64,000 nt of DNA from Podarcis liolepis (taxonomy: Eukaryota): NCBI GenBank assembly GCA_965112155.1, contig OZ218106.1; one strand, written 5' to 3'. This document shows, piece by piece, positions 12,161-23,805 of this stretch. The first letter of the stretch is position 1; each line of letters starts with the position of its first letter. The notes under the pieces are model-generated. The model was not told where the DNA came from. It saw only the letters and a list, made by a program, of their open reading frames with translations, and did not search any database. The position numbers and the translations under genes are program-made.

Positions 12161-15140
12161 AAAGAAACTATATATGTGGTTGCAGTTTCAATTTCTCCTG
12201 GGCAGTTTGTGGATTCATTATAAAATTTAATATAGAGATGTAACGTTAAGGATGTGGTCGGTTATTTAAAATAAATATGTGAAGTTCCTTTCTCATCTCC
12301 ACAACTCTCTGCAAAGTGCACCTCTCCACTTTGCCTATTCCTTCTCCCAACTTTCTTTTCCTTCTTAAATTTCTCTCTCTGCCCCTTTCCTTTTTTCATC
12401 ATTTTACTCTGCTACTCTTCCACTACTACCCCATGACAGCCTCCTGCTTCCTTCTCAGAACTCTTTTTAGGACCCCACTTCTTTTTCCCCTCTCTAGGTC
12501 TTTGTATCTGCCCCATTTCTGTGTAGGATCAGAGCAGTGCAGCCAATGGTATCTGTATATTTCTGTCTGCCCTGACCCTTAGTGACATTAGGGAAGCTTC
12601 TTGTTGTTTAGTGCAATACAGATGTTCATGAGATGGAAAAAATATTGCCCACTCTAGCGTACTGACACAAAATGGAGTTTATCATCAAAACCATGATGCA
12701 GTCTTAAAAAGAAACTAGAGTTTTATATTCTAGATATTCTATCTCCAGTGTTACTATTTATTTTACTATTTCATCTTCAACCAACAAGCTTTAAAACAAC
12801 AAAAGCAACCACCGCATTTTACTTGCATGACAAGGAGTTTGGAGACACACACATGCTAATTGGCTTGATCCTCATTATTTGAAATTAAAATGTCATACTT
12901 TCCTTGGGAGAAGGTGATGTTGCCCTGGTACTTGATAGCCAAATTAAAATAATTGGGTCGTTTTAATTTTGCCTGTCTATATTTTATAACTCTGATTGGA
13001 TAATAAATTTCTTAATACTTCTGTATTATTTGGAAATAACTGGGTATAGAGATTATAACTTCAAAGTGATTATGACTGGAATTTTTTCTAGCTTTTGGGG
13101 TTTCTTATTACTGGTTTTGCTTTAATTAGTTTAAAGTAAAGATGTGATTCACTATTATTAAAGTGGACTCTGACTTTATTTATTTTACATCTTTCATATA
13201 GAATACTGATGAACAATATATTTAGGTAATATTTTGAAATATTTGAGAATTATTTTGGTCATATTTAGTTTCTCTTCAGGATACAGATCTAAAACAGAAC
13301 CTTTCCAGTAGACTTAACTTAACAGTATAATATATAAATAATATAGAATAGGAAACTATGAAAGCAGATGGATGTTTGAAAATGGACCTTGAAGATGATA
13401 CTGTGACATGATCATAGGAACTAAGGGGTGGGGGGATGAATGTAGTGGAGACGTTCTGAATTGGCAAGAGCCAAGGCCAACATGCAGAATGTTATAGCAG
13501 CTGAGATGAGGTGCTGTTGTTGCGTGAGCAAGAGGAGAGTCAGGATAAATATCATGGGTTTACAATTGTGTTGCAGCCCTTTAATCCAGTTATGCAGGCA
13601 TGTCCAGATGGCAGCTGCTTGCTGCATTGGTGGAAGAAAGAGTCTAGAGAAAGGCAGGTCCTCATACTCTCCTGTGCTCCAAGCAGGATTCAGCTGTATA
13701 GGCTACTCACCCTTCCTTGAGACCCCTGTTGGGACTGGTTTGAGACGCAGGTTGAATGCTATGTATGCACCTGGTATGAAGTAAAGGAAAAGGGCTGTTG
13801 CTAAGTATGGAGCATGGAGAGGCCCCCAGGTTCCTGGCATCTTCGTATAGGACTAATAAATATCTATTTCTCAGACACTGCAGAATGCTAGTCAGGTTCT
13901 TATACTTCTTATGTTCCTGTAGTGATGGAGATTTGATGAATATTCATAAAGCTGGGTTTCATCCAGGTAGTGCAGGAAATAGCTGTGCTGAAACAGTACA
14001 TTTGATAGACCTTTTCAAACAAAACAAGGACACATCTAAACAGATAAAAAAAATACATCTGGAAATAGTGTGTTGTGGTTTCTAGGACTGTGGGCCGGAG
14101 CATTGTGCATTTTTAAAACTGCAAAGCCCTTTAAAGCTGTTGTACGCTTCTATTTTTACTGGACTTTTTAGATACTGTACTGCAGTATTGTGATGCAGTT
14201 TTGTACTTTTGCTTGTGAGCAAAGCAGATGAGTGTTTATGGTGCAGAGTATAGAATTTAGAAATAACTGTGGAAAGGGGACAAAAGTGAAGTTCCATGTG
14301 TGAACGCAGTAATTCTTCAACAAACCGTGCACGATGCGTAGAAACAAACAAACAAAAAACCTTGTCTTCCTTTACACAGAACAAATTCAGTGGAGGTAGC
14401 TTGAATTTCTTCAAAGGAGGTGCAAGCTGCTTGACCAAGAAAAATGGCTAGTGTCAGGTCTCTGGATCATTACCTCCCTGCATTCTGGCCCAAATATTCC
14501 TTCATCTTCTGGATAGATGTGTGTGTCATTAATGCTAATGAGAATTAAGCACACATGGAAAAGGCAAGTGGATCCCATCCTTTCTCTCACGCATTCTGCA
14601 TTCCTTTACAATGGAAAACCTGGAAGTCCTTGATCGCTGCTGGATGTGTGAAAATGCTGCAGGACCATAGATGCTCGCAACATGTTTGTATTAATCACAT
14701 CTCGTTATGGCTGTCTCCATCTCGACTGGAAAGCTGCACCCGAGAGGCATCGTTTTAAGAACTGACAGTCGTATGGCATGTTCCTTCCTATTCCCCGTTT
14801 CAGGGACTTCTGCGAGGCACGCAAATGTGGAGAGCAGCACGGGCTGCTACAATTTCAGTCTTGTCAGGATAAAGATTCTTTCCCGACAGTCCAGGAATTG
14901 AAGCGCTCGGAAGGAAGTAAATCTTTCCATCTAGATGTATAATGCACACTCGGGGATTTTTTTAATTTTATTTTTTTAAGCGCCCGTCATGATCAGCCAG
15001 ATTTTATGCTCGCGCTCTCTCTTTTGAACTGCCATAAATAAGATATAATAACTCCTTTCCAAATCTTTAAGGCTTAATGTGCTGTCTTTGGAAAAGCTGC
15101 TGTTTTGATGCTGCTCGTCAGCTTGGCAGCCTAGGCTGGC

Positions 15141-15167
15141 GTGTGTGTGTGTGTGTGTGTGTGTGTG
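15141..15167. repeat. (GT)13 microsatellite
   Basis: Direct reading. Followed by G10 at 15181-15190. Confidence 0.95.
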
Positions 15168-15380
15168 CAATACGTTCAAAGGGGGGGGGGAGGCACTCTG
15201 GCGTGGTACGTGCCGGGAACAGCGACAGAGCGCGAGACATTTGTGGCCATCAGAAGTGATTTAAGAATCGCCCGAGGAAGCGGGGAGGCTGTGGCGAGCC
15301 GCGGCCTCGCAAGGGTTAAGGGACGCCTCGCCCGCCCTCCTCCCCCCGCCTGGGTGTAAACAGAGGAGCCTCAGCCTATC

Positions 15381-15539
15381 ATGTCTGATTGCTGCTCGGT
15401 GCCTGAAGAGAAAGCCAGGCTCGGTAACATGATACATTCTAGACTGGTTCAACTTGGAAGCGCTGCGCTCGGCTCGTCGCGCCCAGACAGCGGAATCGCC
15501 GCCACGGGAAGGTGGGTGACTGCGAAGCGACCCTGTTGA
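15381..15539 (+). other. 52-codon ORF in the putative first exon (uORF or coding N-terminus)
   Basis: atcATGtct with A at -3. Translates MSDCCSVPEEKARLGNMIHSRLVQLGSAALGSSRPDSGIAATGRWVTAKRPC*. No recognised homology. Confidence 0.3.
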
Positions 15540-17397
15540 CCTTACAAGCCGAGGCGGGATAAAGTGCGATTTCTCACCTCGAGTGGAGCCACTTAGAAAG
15601 ATTTCAGGCAGAACCGCCAGCGCTGCTCTAGGTAAATGTAGCGGGGTTTTCCTCGCTCCGCTGCTGCTGCTGCTGCTTTTCTGTACATCGCTTGCTCCGG
15701 CGTTGCAACGGGAGGGAGGAGGCTCCGCTTCTCTTTGAATCGGTGCGGAGAGGCTATGCTGGCGTTTGAAACGAGGTGGCTTTCTTTAACCCCTCAAGGG
15801 CTGAGCTGGCGAAGGCACAAGCTGAACTTTGCAGATCGCTTCTGCCTGCCAGATGCAGTTGCAAGTAGCTGTTCTCTTGCGAGCGAGCCTATTGTCCTTA
15901 ACAGCACTTTAAATTTCATTCCTGGGCGAGGATGGGGTTCCGTCTGCCTAGATTGAAATTCACAGTAATTCCTTTTCGAGCTTTAGGAGTACCACGTTTC
16001 GCCATCCTTGCCTTTTGATGTAGCTCAGATTTTACGCAGGACTCCTCCAGGCTTTTGGACTTGATTAGTGCAAATCTACCGTGGCATTCTGAAAGGGCAG
16101 GGTATAAAATATTTCTAATTATGGAATCACCCGCTTGTGAGAATAGCAGACCTCATGTATGGCATTGGTTAGCAGACTGGCTTTTCTTTAAAAACAAAGT
16201 CCATAACGACAGAGCTAACTTTATAACTGCAAATGTAGTGTAGCTTAAAACAGCATGAAAGCAGGCTGGATTGATTTAGAAATAATTGTTAAATGTTTCC
16301 TGTAAACTCAGGATTACTCTTTGACATTTATTACGGTATCTGGAAAAAATAAGGCATATCAGAGTTGCTGTAAACAGTTGCACATTCCAGTGCTTTTTAT
16401 TTATAATTCTAGCTCCTTTTCTTTCATATAACTAATACATGATATACACAGAATATATGACTGTGTTACAAAGTCATTCTGTGTTCTTAGAGCTTAATAT
16501 AATCAAATTCATTGCCTAAAGATGGTGTAGTTGAAGATTTGATCCCTTTCCACTGAAGTGGAAATACTTTCAGTAATTGAAAGCAGATTCATGTCTGGAG
16601 TTCTACAAGCCAAGGTTTTCATTTTCAAAAATAAACCTTTTGTTCTCCAACTTTAAATGTTTGAGTGAAGCATCCAGAGACCACTGTTTGCTTATTGTCT
16701 AATGTGGTAGTTAAGAGCTATTGGAAATACTTTAAGGAAAATGTTTATTAGAATTCCACTTATTTTGGACAATTCTTGGGTTTAGCTTCACTATATATAA
16801 CATGTTAAAATACAGAATGTTTTTTTATTTCTGTTTTTTACATGCACATTCCATATTTCATGCACATTCTGTTTTTACATAAGCATACAGTGGTGGCAGC
16901 TAATAAATTTCTTAAACCGTTAGCTAATACTTCAAGCTGATTTCAAAATTGAGATGCGGACTGGATCTTGAGGAACTTTGAAGGGATAGTGGTCTACCTC
17001 ACCAAACAAACCTGGACAGCAGCTCTTTGTTAACTTTGTTTCCGTTTTCTGGCTATCATCTTCAAAAAAATTCTTTCAAGAATGCTTTTAGTCAATTCAG
17101 GAATAGTTGGGTGGGAAATAGACATTGCGGACCTTCAGGCAAAGACGGATCTGCTACTGACCTGGTCAGGAATTTGGAAAGTAGAAGACAAGGGAGATAA
17201 ATAGTAGGACCCTGCCTTACCTTTGTAGGCCCTTTAAACAGCAAAATTGACTGAAATTATGTGAGAAAAGTTCCCAAGGATTGGAACATCCAGCACTGCA
17301 TACATATCTGTATATATCTTGTACAGCATGCACAGCATATCATTTGTATTGATTGCCTGATGGAATGAGTCAGTGTTACCTTTTGATCTTTTTACAG

Positions 17398-17409
17398 ACT
17401 GCCATTAAG
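17398..17409 (+). other. Candidate 12-nt microexon ACTGCCATTAAG
   Basis: Acceptor ccttttgatctttttacag and consensus donor AAG|gtgagt. Length is a multiple of 3. Confidence 0.45.
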
Positions 17410-19532
17410 GTGAGTCAGTAAATGTGCATATTTGTATTAATGATAATGTAATTGCTCCTAAAAACCATGGGGTGGCCTGTCTTGTTCAATTTTTGTAGAT
17501 TTTTGAAATCACTTTGCAAAACTATTGAAAACTATGAGAAAAACACTCAGATGTATATATGTTAATTCCACATTTTTGATGTTTATAATATATTAAGTAA
17601 AGCTATTATACTTTTAAAAATAATTACTTGGCTCATTTCAGAAAGATGATTGGGCTAATTGTTACATAGTGCAGTTTCCTTTTTCAGATAATTTCATAAA
17701 TTAGCAATTCACATTACAAATCTCTACAATTTTGAGGGGGGAAGCCTATGTAGATCTTTTACTTAATTAGCTGTTCATTATTATTAACACTAAAAGTTTT
17801 TGTTTTGTTTTCTTCCCCAGTTCAGATTTGGACACAGAAATTTAAAGTAATTTCAGTTAAAAGTGGAAAGAATTTCTCTTCTGAAGTGATAGTAGCTGTC
17901 TAAATACAGTGATCCTGATAATTAATGGTGTATGACAGATTACATGCTTTATGCCAGGTATTCAGTTCTTTAGAAGATTCACAAGAGAAGGGTTGCTAAG
18001 CACCCACCACTACTGCAAGTAATGTAAAATGACCCAAATTAAAGAACCTATTCAGAGCTGTATTTTTGCATTTGCTGAAGTGCATTTCAAAAGATTTAAC
18101 AAGACTTACACAATTAGCTGAAAAAAGACCCCTTTTCAGCTATGATCAGCAATTAAAGGATCAGAATACAGAACTTCACATTTTGTTTATAACTTTTCCT
18201 TTTCCTTTTCAGCCCATTCTTTGAACTAAACAATGGTGACTAGCAAATTTAACCAACCTTTCTAGAAATAAATGCTGATGCCGTGTATATACAGAATACG
18301 ATAGCCTGAATTCGTTTCCTCTGAATGGGAACTTTGGAACTTTGTTTTCCTTTTCACTGTAGAACAGTTTTTTTATGAGCGCAACCCACTGTAAAGTCTT
18401 TTTGAGACCTGTTTGAGCCCCATTGAAATGAATAAGAGCAGCTCAAGAACAGGAGTAGAAGGAGTAACTGGAGATTTGCATCTTGTTTTTGCAGCAACAT
18501 ACAAGCCCATTATTCTTTTATTAAGGGCTCCATTTAAATATTTCTATACAGAGAAATATGTACAAATTGCAAATGAATTGCACTACAGCTTTAGTTTAAA
18601 GGCCTGTTTGATGGGAAAATTTGATTATATTTGTTTCCCAACCTTTTTTTAGGCCTGTGTCCTAATGAGCCTCCTTTTTCTGAAAATAGGAAACTGAATC
18701 AAACCTATTCAATAGTTGGATTATAAATATTCACAGTATTTAAAGCAAATTTAATTAACCTTTCAAATTTTCATTACTTACTAAGTACATGAAGTAACAG
18801 TGCATATTTTCTCTTTTTTTGGAGAAAGGTCTGTGCATCAACATGGCCAGAATGCATCTTTAGAGTTTAGAGTTGTAAGTGCAATATGGCAGAACAGGCA
18901 TAAGTTCACAGTATTAACTCCTGTGTTTTTTTTACTTAAGGCACTTGCAGAAGCTGCTCTCCATTTTGAACTGTGTAACTTGAAAGCTTGCATATGCCAC
19001 CACCTGCAAAAGTGTTGCCAATGAAGGGTATCAGACTGGATTGTAATTTTTATTCCCCACAGTCATTATGCAACAACTACCCACACCCAAGCTTTTAGAC
19101 AATATCTCAAAACAGCTAGGTGGGAAAACAAAACTGGAAGACCATTATAAAGTCATGTGAAATAGGTGGAGCTTCAGATTTGGATCATAATCATAGAAAA
19201 GTATTTAGGGATTCTTATTTTTTGCACAACACAGATTAAGCCTCTGTGGTGTTTATTACTGTGGTGTTAAACCAGTGGTGTTTATTACTGAGTGAAATAT
19301 ATTTAGAGTAAGGGTGATAGTAGTTGATTCATGTGATTTCAGTAGGACAAGATTAGTGTGTCAATAATATATACTTGTTTTAAAAAGTGGTATTACAGAT
19401 CTCCACAGTACTTTGTGAATGGTCAGCAGTTTCACTTTCTAAGTTTTATAATGATAAATGGCATGCCTTTCTACCAATTTTAATTATTTTATTTTAAATG
19501 TAAGGGGTAACCGTAAAAAAACCCATTTTCCA

Positions 19533-19620
19533 GTGCAATCCTATACATGTCTATGCAGAAGTATGTTCCACTAAGTTTGGTTAGGCTTACTCTCAGGTAG
19601 GTAGGTATGGGTTTGTACCC
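19533..19620. mobile_element. Short palindromic interspersed element (gcaatccta...taggattgc family)
   Basis: Inverted ends gtgcaatcctatac / gtatgggtttgtac. Related to 27445, 39511 and 56881. Confidence 0.55.
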
Positions 19621-20891
19621 TTAATCCTGGAGAAACAGGTGTAAGTAATTACAGACAGATCTAGATCTTTTCTCTCTCACACACACACCCCACAGTTTAT
19701 GGTACTACTTTTTTCTTTAAAGAGCAGCTCCCCCCCCCCCACTCTCCCTGCTATAAACAATGCTTTTAAAACATTTTCTGAAATTCAAAAATATTTGGGT
19801 AGGAGGCAATCAGATATTAGAAGAAACCCACAGGTTTATTAACAGATTCTAACTTAAATGTTAGCTCAGTGACCATGTTGGTTATGCTGGTGCAAAAAGT
19901 GAAAAAGGAAGTGAAGTGATTTTTTTATATTGCTGATTTTAATGTCTCCTTTTTCATTGCATTGATTTCACCTCTTTATTTAGTAGTTCTTTGGTTCTTT
20001 TTCTGTCAGACTTTGCTGACATTCATTTAATAATTCAAGCTAGTTAAAATTTGATTGAAAATTATTAAGCCGCAACCCCTGCTGGGTGTATGAAATTCGT
20101 CATGTGGCACACTGGTTTGTACTATAATTTTTTTAAGAACCCTGACTAACAGAGTTTGTTTTTTGTATGTTGTTTGCTGCCTTAACTGCATGAGAGGCGG
20201 ACAGGAAATTTACCAATAAATAGGTAAAAGAGAGGGGATAGCTGTGATCTTTTGGTTGTATTTTATGGCTATGTTGTTATTTTGTTCTCAAGATGTGAAC
20301 TGATAGGAAAGGATCATGGTGCATAAAAGTGCCAGGTAAGCTATAGGAGGATCTGCACACTGCTGTAACCAGAGTAATATATAGTAGATTTTACTTACCT
20401 TTGAGTGTTGTATCTTAGGTTTATTACTGCATTAGCGCAAGAATCAAGAGTAGTCATTTCTTGTGGACGACTTTTGAAAGAAAAAGATTTACTAAGAAAG
20501 TGAGAAGCAAGTGTTATAAAGCCTTTTGCAAATGGGTACATTTTTATTTTAGACAAAAGAAATAAATGTAGCTGTCCTGCAAATTTCAGTTTTAAAATGA
20601 ACTTTTTATTGAAAGTAGCCATGTTCAAATTGTTTGTGCTAATTTTTGCAGAACACCTCTTTCAGTCATAAACTGATTTTAAGAGGAGGGGAATGTTGCC
20701 CGGGGAGCTGTAAAATGTAGTCTGGAAGACTTTTAACACTCTTTCTTTTTAACTAAAACAAAATTGCCTTATGTAACACAGTTAACATAGTTAACCTTTT
20801 ATAATTATTTAACCATTATTTCATTAATGTTGCCCTCTGCTTAAATGTTATACATTACTGCAAAAGACACCTGGCCGTGCTCTTAAAAGTT

Positions 20892-21058
20892 NNNNNNNNN
20901 NNNNNNNNNNNNNNNNNNNNNNNNNNNNNNNNNNNNNNNNNNNNNNNNNNNNNNNNNNNNNNNNNNNNNNNNNNNNNNNNNNNNNNNNNNNNNNNNNNNN
21001 NNNNNNNNNNNNNNNNNNNNNNNNNNNNNNNNNNNNNNNNNNNNNNNNNNNNNNNNNN
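20892..21058. other. Assembly gap
   Basis: Run of 167 N. Confidence 1.
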
Positions 21059-21440
21059 GCATATCATCAGTAAAGTGACCTTGATGGAGGTGGAAAAAAA
21101 CATTTGGCCTTTTTTTTAATGACAGTCTTCCCCCCCCCCCCCCGGCTTGGTTTACCACTGCAAGAGAATTCATCATATAGTTTTATCATAATCTTCTCTT
21201 TCTATTTTGAAAGCTGATTTCTTTTTATCATAACTCATCAGTCAGTTTTTCAAAATTTAGATGGACATTTTACTGATGATGGTAGATTTTAGTACTTAAA
21301 GGTTTAGCCTATCATTTGACAGATATGGAAATACACTTCATTAAATATTAAAGTGACCCGGCTAGCTGACCAGCCTTAAGGATCTTTTAAAGATAATGGT
21401 TATTTTCTATGCAAAGGATCAGCTGCTATCCTACTTCCCA

Positions 21441-21682
21441 GAGAGCCAGTGTGGTGTAGCAGTTAAGAGTGGTGGACTCGTAATCTGGTGAACCGGGTTC
21501 GCTTCCCCACTCCTCCACATGCAGCTGCTGGGTGACCTTGGGCTACTCACACTTCTCTGAAGTCTCTCAGCCCCACTCACAGAGTGTTTGTTGTACGGGA
21601 GACAGGGAAGGAGAATGTCAGCCACTTTGAGACTCCTTCAGGTAGTGATAAAGCGGGATATCAAATCCAAACTCTTCTTCTC
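21441..21682 (+). mobile_element. Squam3-like tRNA-derived SINE with (TTC)n tail
   Basis: Head gagagccagtgtggtgtagcagttaagag, B-box gggttcgcttcc, tail aaagcgggatatcaaatccaaactcttcttc. Close match to 30134-30382. Confidence 0.88.
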
Positions 21683-22334
21683 TAGATTTTTTTTAAAAGC
21701 TAATATGAAGAGTAAGTTACCAGCTTCAGTTTTAGCTGGTGATGTAGCTGGTGTATGAAACGGCTTAATGGGACTTGGTTCAAGTCAAAGCAGAACTGAG
21801 GCTGTTCTACATATTACAGTAAAAATTAGATAAAAATGAAGGCTGTGCCTCTGGTTAAGCATACTATATGTAAGTTTTCTTGATCTGAATAAAACTTTAA
21901 CTGGACCTCTTCCAAAAATCACAAGTTGTTATGGTGGCTTTATGTATTCTTGGGTCAATTCAGTCAGTAAATGCATTTAGAAAATTGCTCACTGATTGTG
22001 TGAATTCCCGTGAGGACTTCAACCACTGAACTGGAACTTTGGATATTATGAAAAGTTATTTGAAGACTATCATTGCAATACGAAAGCACATTTACTTAGA
22101 AGTAACTGACATGGAGTATGATTCGATCAAGTTAAGAACTTTAAAATCCTATCATTTCTCACGTTAAGCACATGCATAACTCCCGCCCACTGAAATTCAT
22201 TATTGATATTAATTGCCTTTTAAAGTTCAGGTCTTCAGACTTTAGTTATAATTGAGATCAGTCACTACCAACTTTTTAAAATTTAAAATGTCCAAAATGT
22301 CTGTTGACCAGCAGTTACCACAATTAAAATCACA

Positions 22335-22450
22335 CAAACCTACCTCACACGGTTGTTATGAGGATAAAATGGGGTGGAGGGGAACTATGTATACCACCTC
22401 AAGCTGCTTGGAGGAAAGATGAGATATAAATGTAATTAAAGAAATAAATT
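22335..22450 (+). mobile_element. MIR/Squam3-like SINE 3' half, old
   Basis: acctacctcacacggttgttatgaggataaaatgg...gatataaatgtaatt. Confidence 0.6.
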
Positions 22451-23348
22451 AGGTAAGACAATTGGGGTTTTTTAAAATGACAACAGCAGTGGTGGTTAAT
22501 CAGAGTTGCAGTCAGAGGCTTTTCAACATATCACGAGGCAAAGGTTTTTATTTCTGCCATTTGATTATAATTAAGCAAAATGTTTTTCCCCTCTATCCAA
22601 TAATATTGTCTATACTGTATAAATTATTTCATAGGTTCCAATGTTCTCAGTGGTTAATTATGAAACTATGTCAAGATGTAACTTAAGTGGTTTTTAATTC
22701 TGTGCAATGTAGACAAACTCCCACAAGCTAAGCATTTTCTCACTTAGATCTCTCTTATACACATTTTCTGCCTCTTTGTCTGTCTCAGTTTGTCTCTATC
22801 TTTCAATCATTTTAAGGTTCTAAAAAAAGCAAAAAACCCTATAATGAGCCTTTTTTTAAGTTCAGAGCATCCTGCCAAAAATATGGCCAGGATCCAAAGA
22901 ACTATGGAAGCACTTCCAGGAACCCAAGGGCCCTTTCTCTCCGCCTCCACATACTATGCCACATGGCTTTGAAAGTAAGGCAAGCCTTAGTACCCCGTGA
23001 TGCTTCATGCATGCTCAACAGCAGTCAAAAAAATTTGGTTTGGCTTAATAGCCAACAGTTACTAGGTTTTCAAATGTCTTCTTCCAAATGCCCCCAGGTG
23101 AGGTACAAGGAAACACAAGAGAGGCTGTTTTCAATGTTCCCACCCATCTGTGAAATGCTGTCTTCAAGTTTTCCTGGGTACATCATTTTTTTGTTTTCTT
23201 GTGTCCTTTAATACTTCTAAATTTAGTCTCATGCCCTGTTTATGGGGAGGAGTGACTAACCTGAGAGGCATGTTCACCTCTGGGCAACCCTCCAAGGACA
23301 ACATGGCAGTCAAAAGTGGTTCTGGCCACCCTACACTCACACATGCAT

Positions 23349-23372
23349 ACACACACACACACACACACACAC
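23349..23372. repeat. (AC)n microsatellite
   Basis: Direct reading. Confidence 0.9.
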
Positions 23373-23723
23373 GTGCAGAGCCCCAAAGCTGATCCATGCA
23401 GATCAGCTGAGAAGGGGGGGATATTATCCCCCATTGATGGGTCAGTCTGAGGGCTGAGTTTTAGCAGTTTGCATCTTAATCAGGGTGCTAGACTGCCAAA
23501 TCACAGGTGAATTGATAGGGTCCTGCAGAGGGAGAAATATTTTTTGGGGGGAGGTGCAGATTAGCTTCCTCTTATTTATAAGATGATTTTTAAATACAGC
23601 TATAACTTTTGTTGCTTTGTTTTATTGTAATAGATTTATATTAAGTAAAGCAATCCTGGATTGTTATTTTTTATACAGGATCTCAAATAATTAAGTATAG
23701 TAGCCCAACTCTGCTACTTACCC

Positions 23724-23805
23724 CATTTATTGTATTTTAGTGTTTTGTTGGAAGACTGGGAAACCCAGTCAGATGGGCGGGGTATAAATAATAAATTATT
23801 ATTAT
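23724..23805 (+). mobile_element. L2 LINE 3' terminus
   Basis: cagatgggcggggtataaataataaattattattat, the same end as 36298-36385. Confidence 0.7.

Larger units (their letters stand above)
14980..16000 (+). promoter_or_regulatory. CpG island / probable promoter and first exon of an unidentified + strand gene
   Basis: The only extended CpG-dense, GC-rich segment in the window (core 15190-15900). GC box cccgccc 15331-15337, FOX motif GTAAACA 15356-15362, TACGTG 15207-15212, donors AAG|gtgggt (15512) and TAG|gtaaat (15632). Confidence 0.75.

Noticed and set aside
13402-13995. Possible solo LTR (TG start, AATAAA at 13855)
   Set aside because: No convincing CA end, inverted termini or TSD could be fixed by eye.
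14468-14474. Minus-strand donor GAG|gtaatg upstream of the CpG island, suggesting a divergent transcript
   Set aside because: A single moderate motif with no supporting acceptor chain, expected by chance.
15381-15400. MSDCCS start recalls the N-terminus of human MIGA1 (FAM73A)
   Set aside because: The similarity stops after six residues and no MIGA1-like downstream exon is visible in the following 48 kb, so no symbol was assigned.
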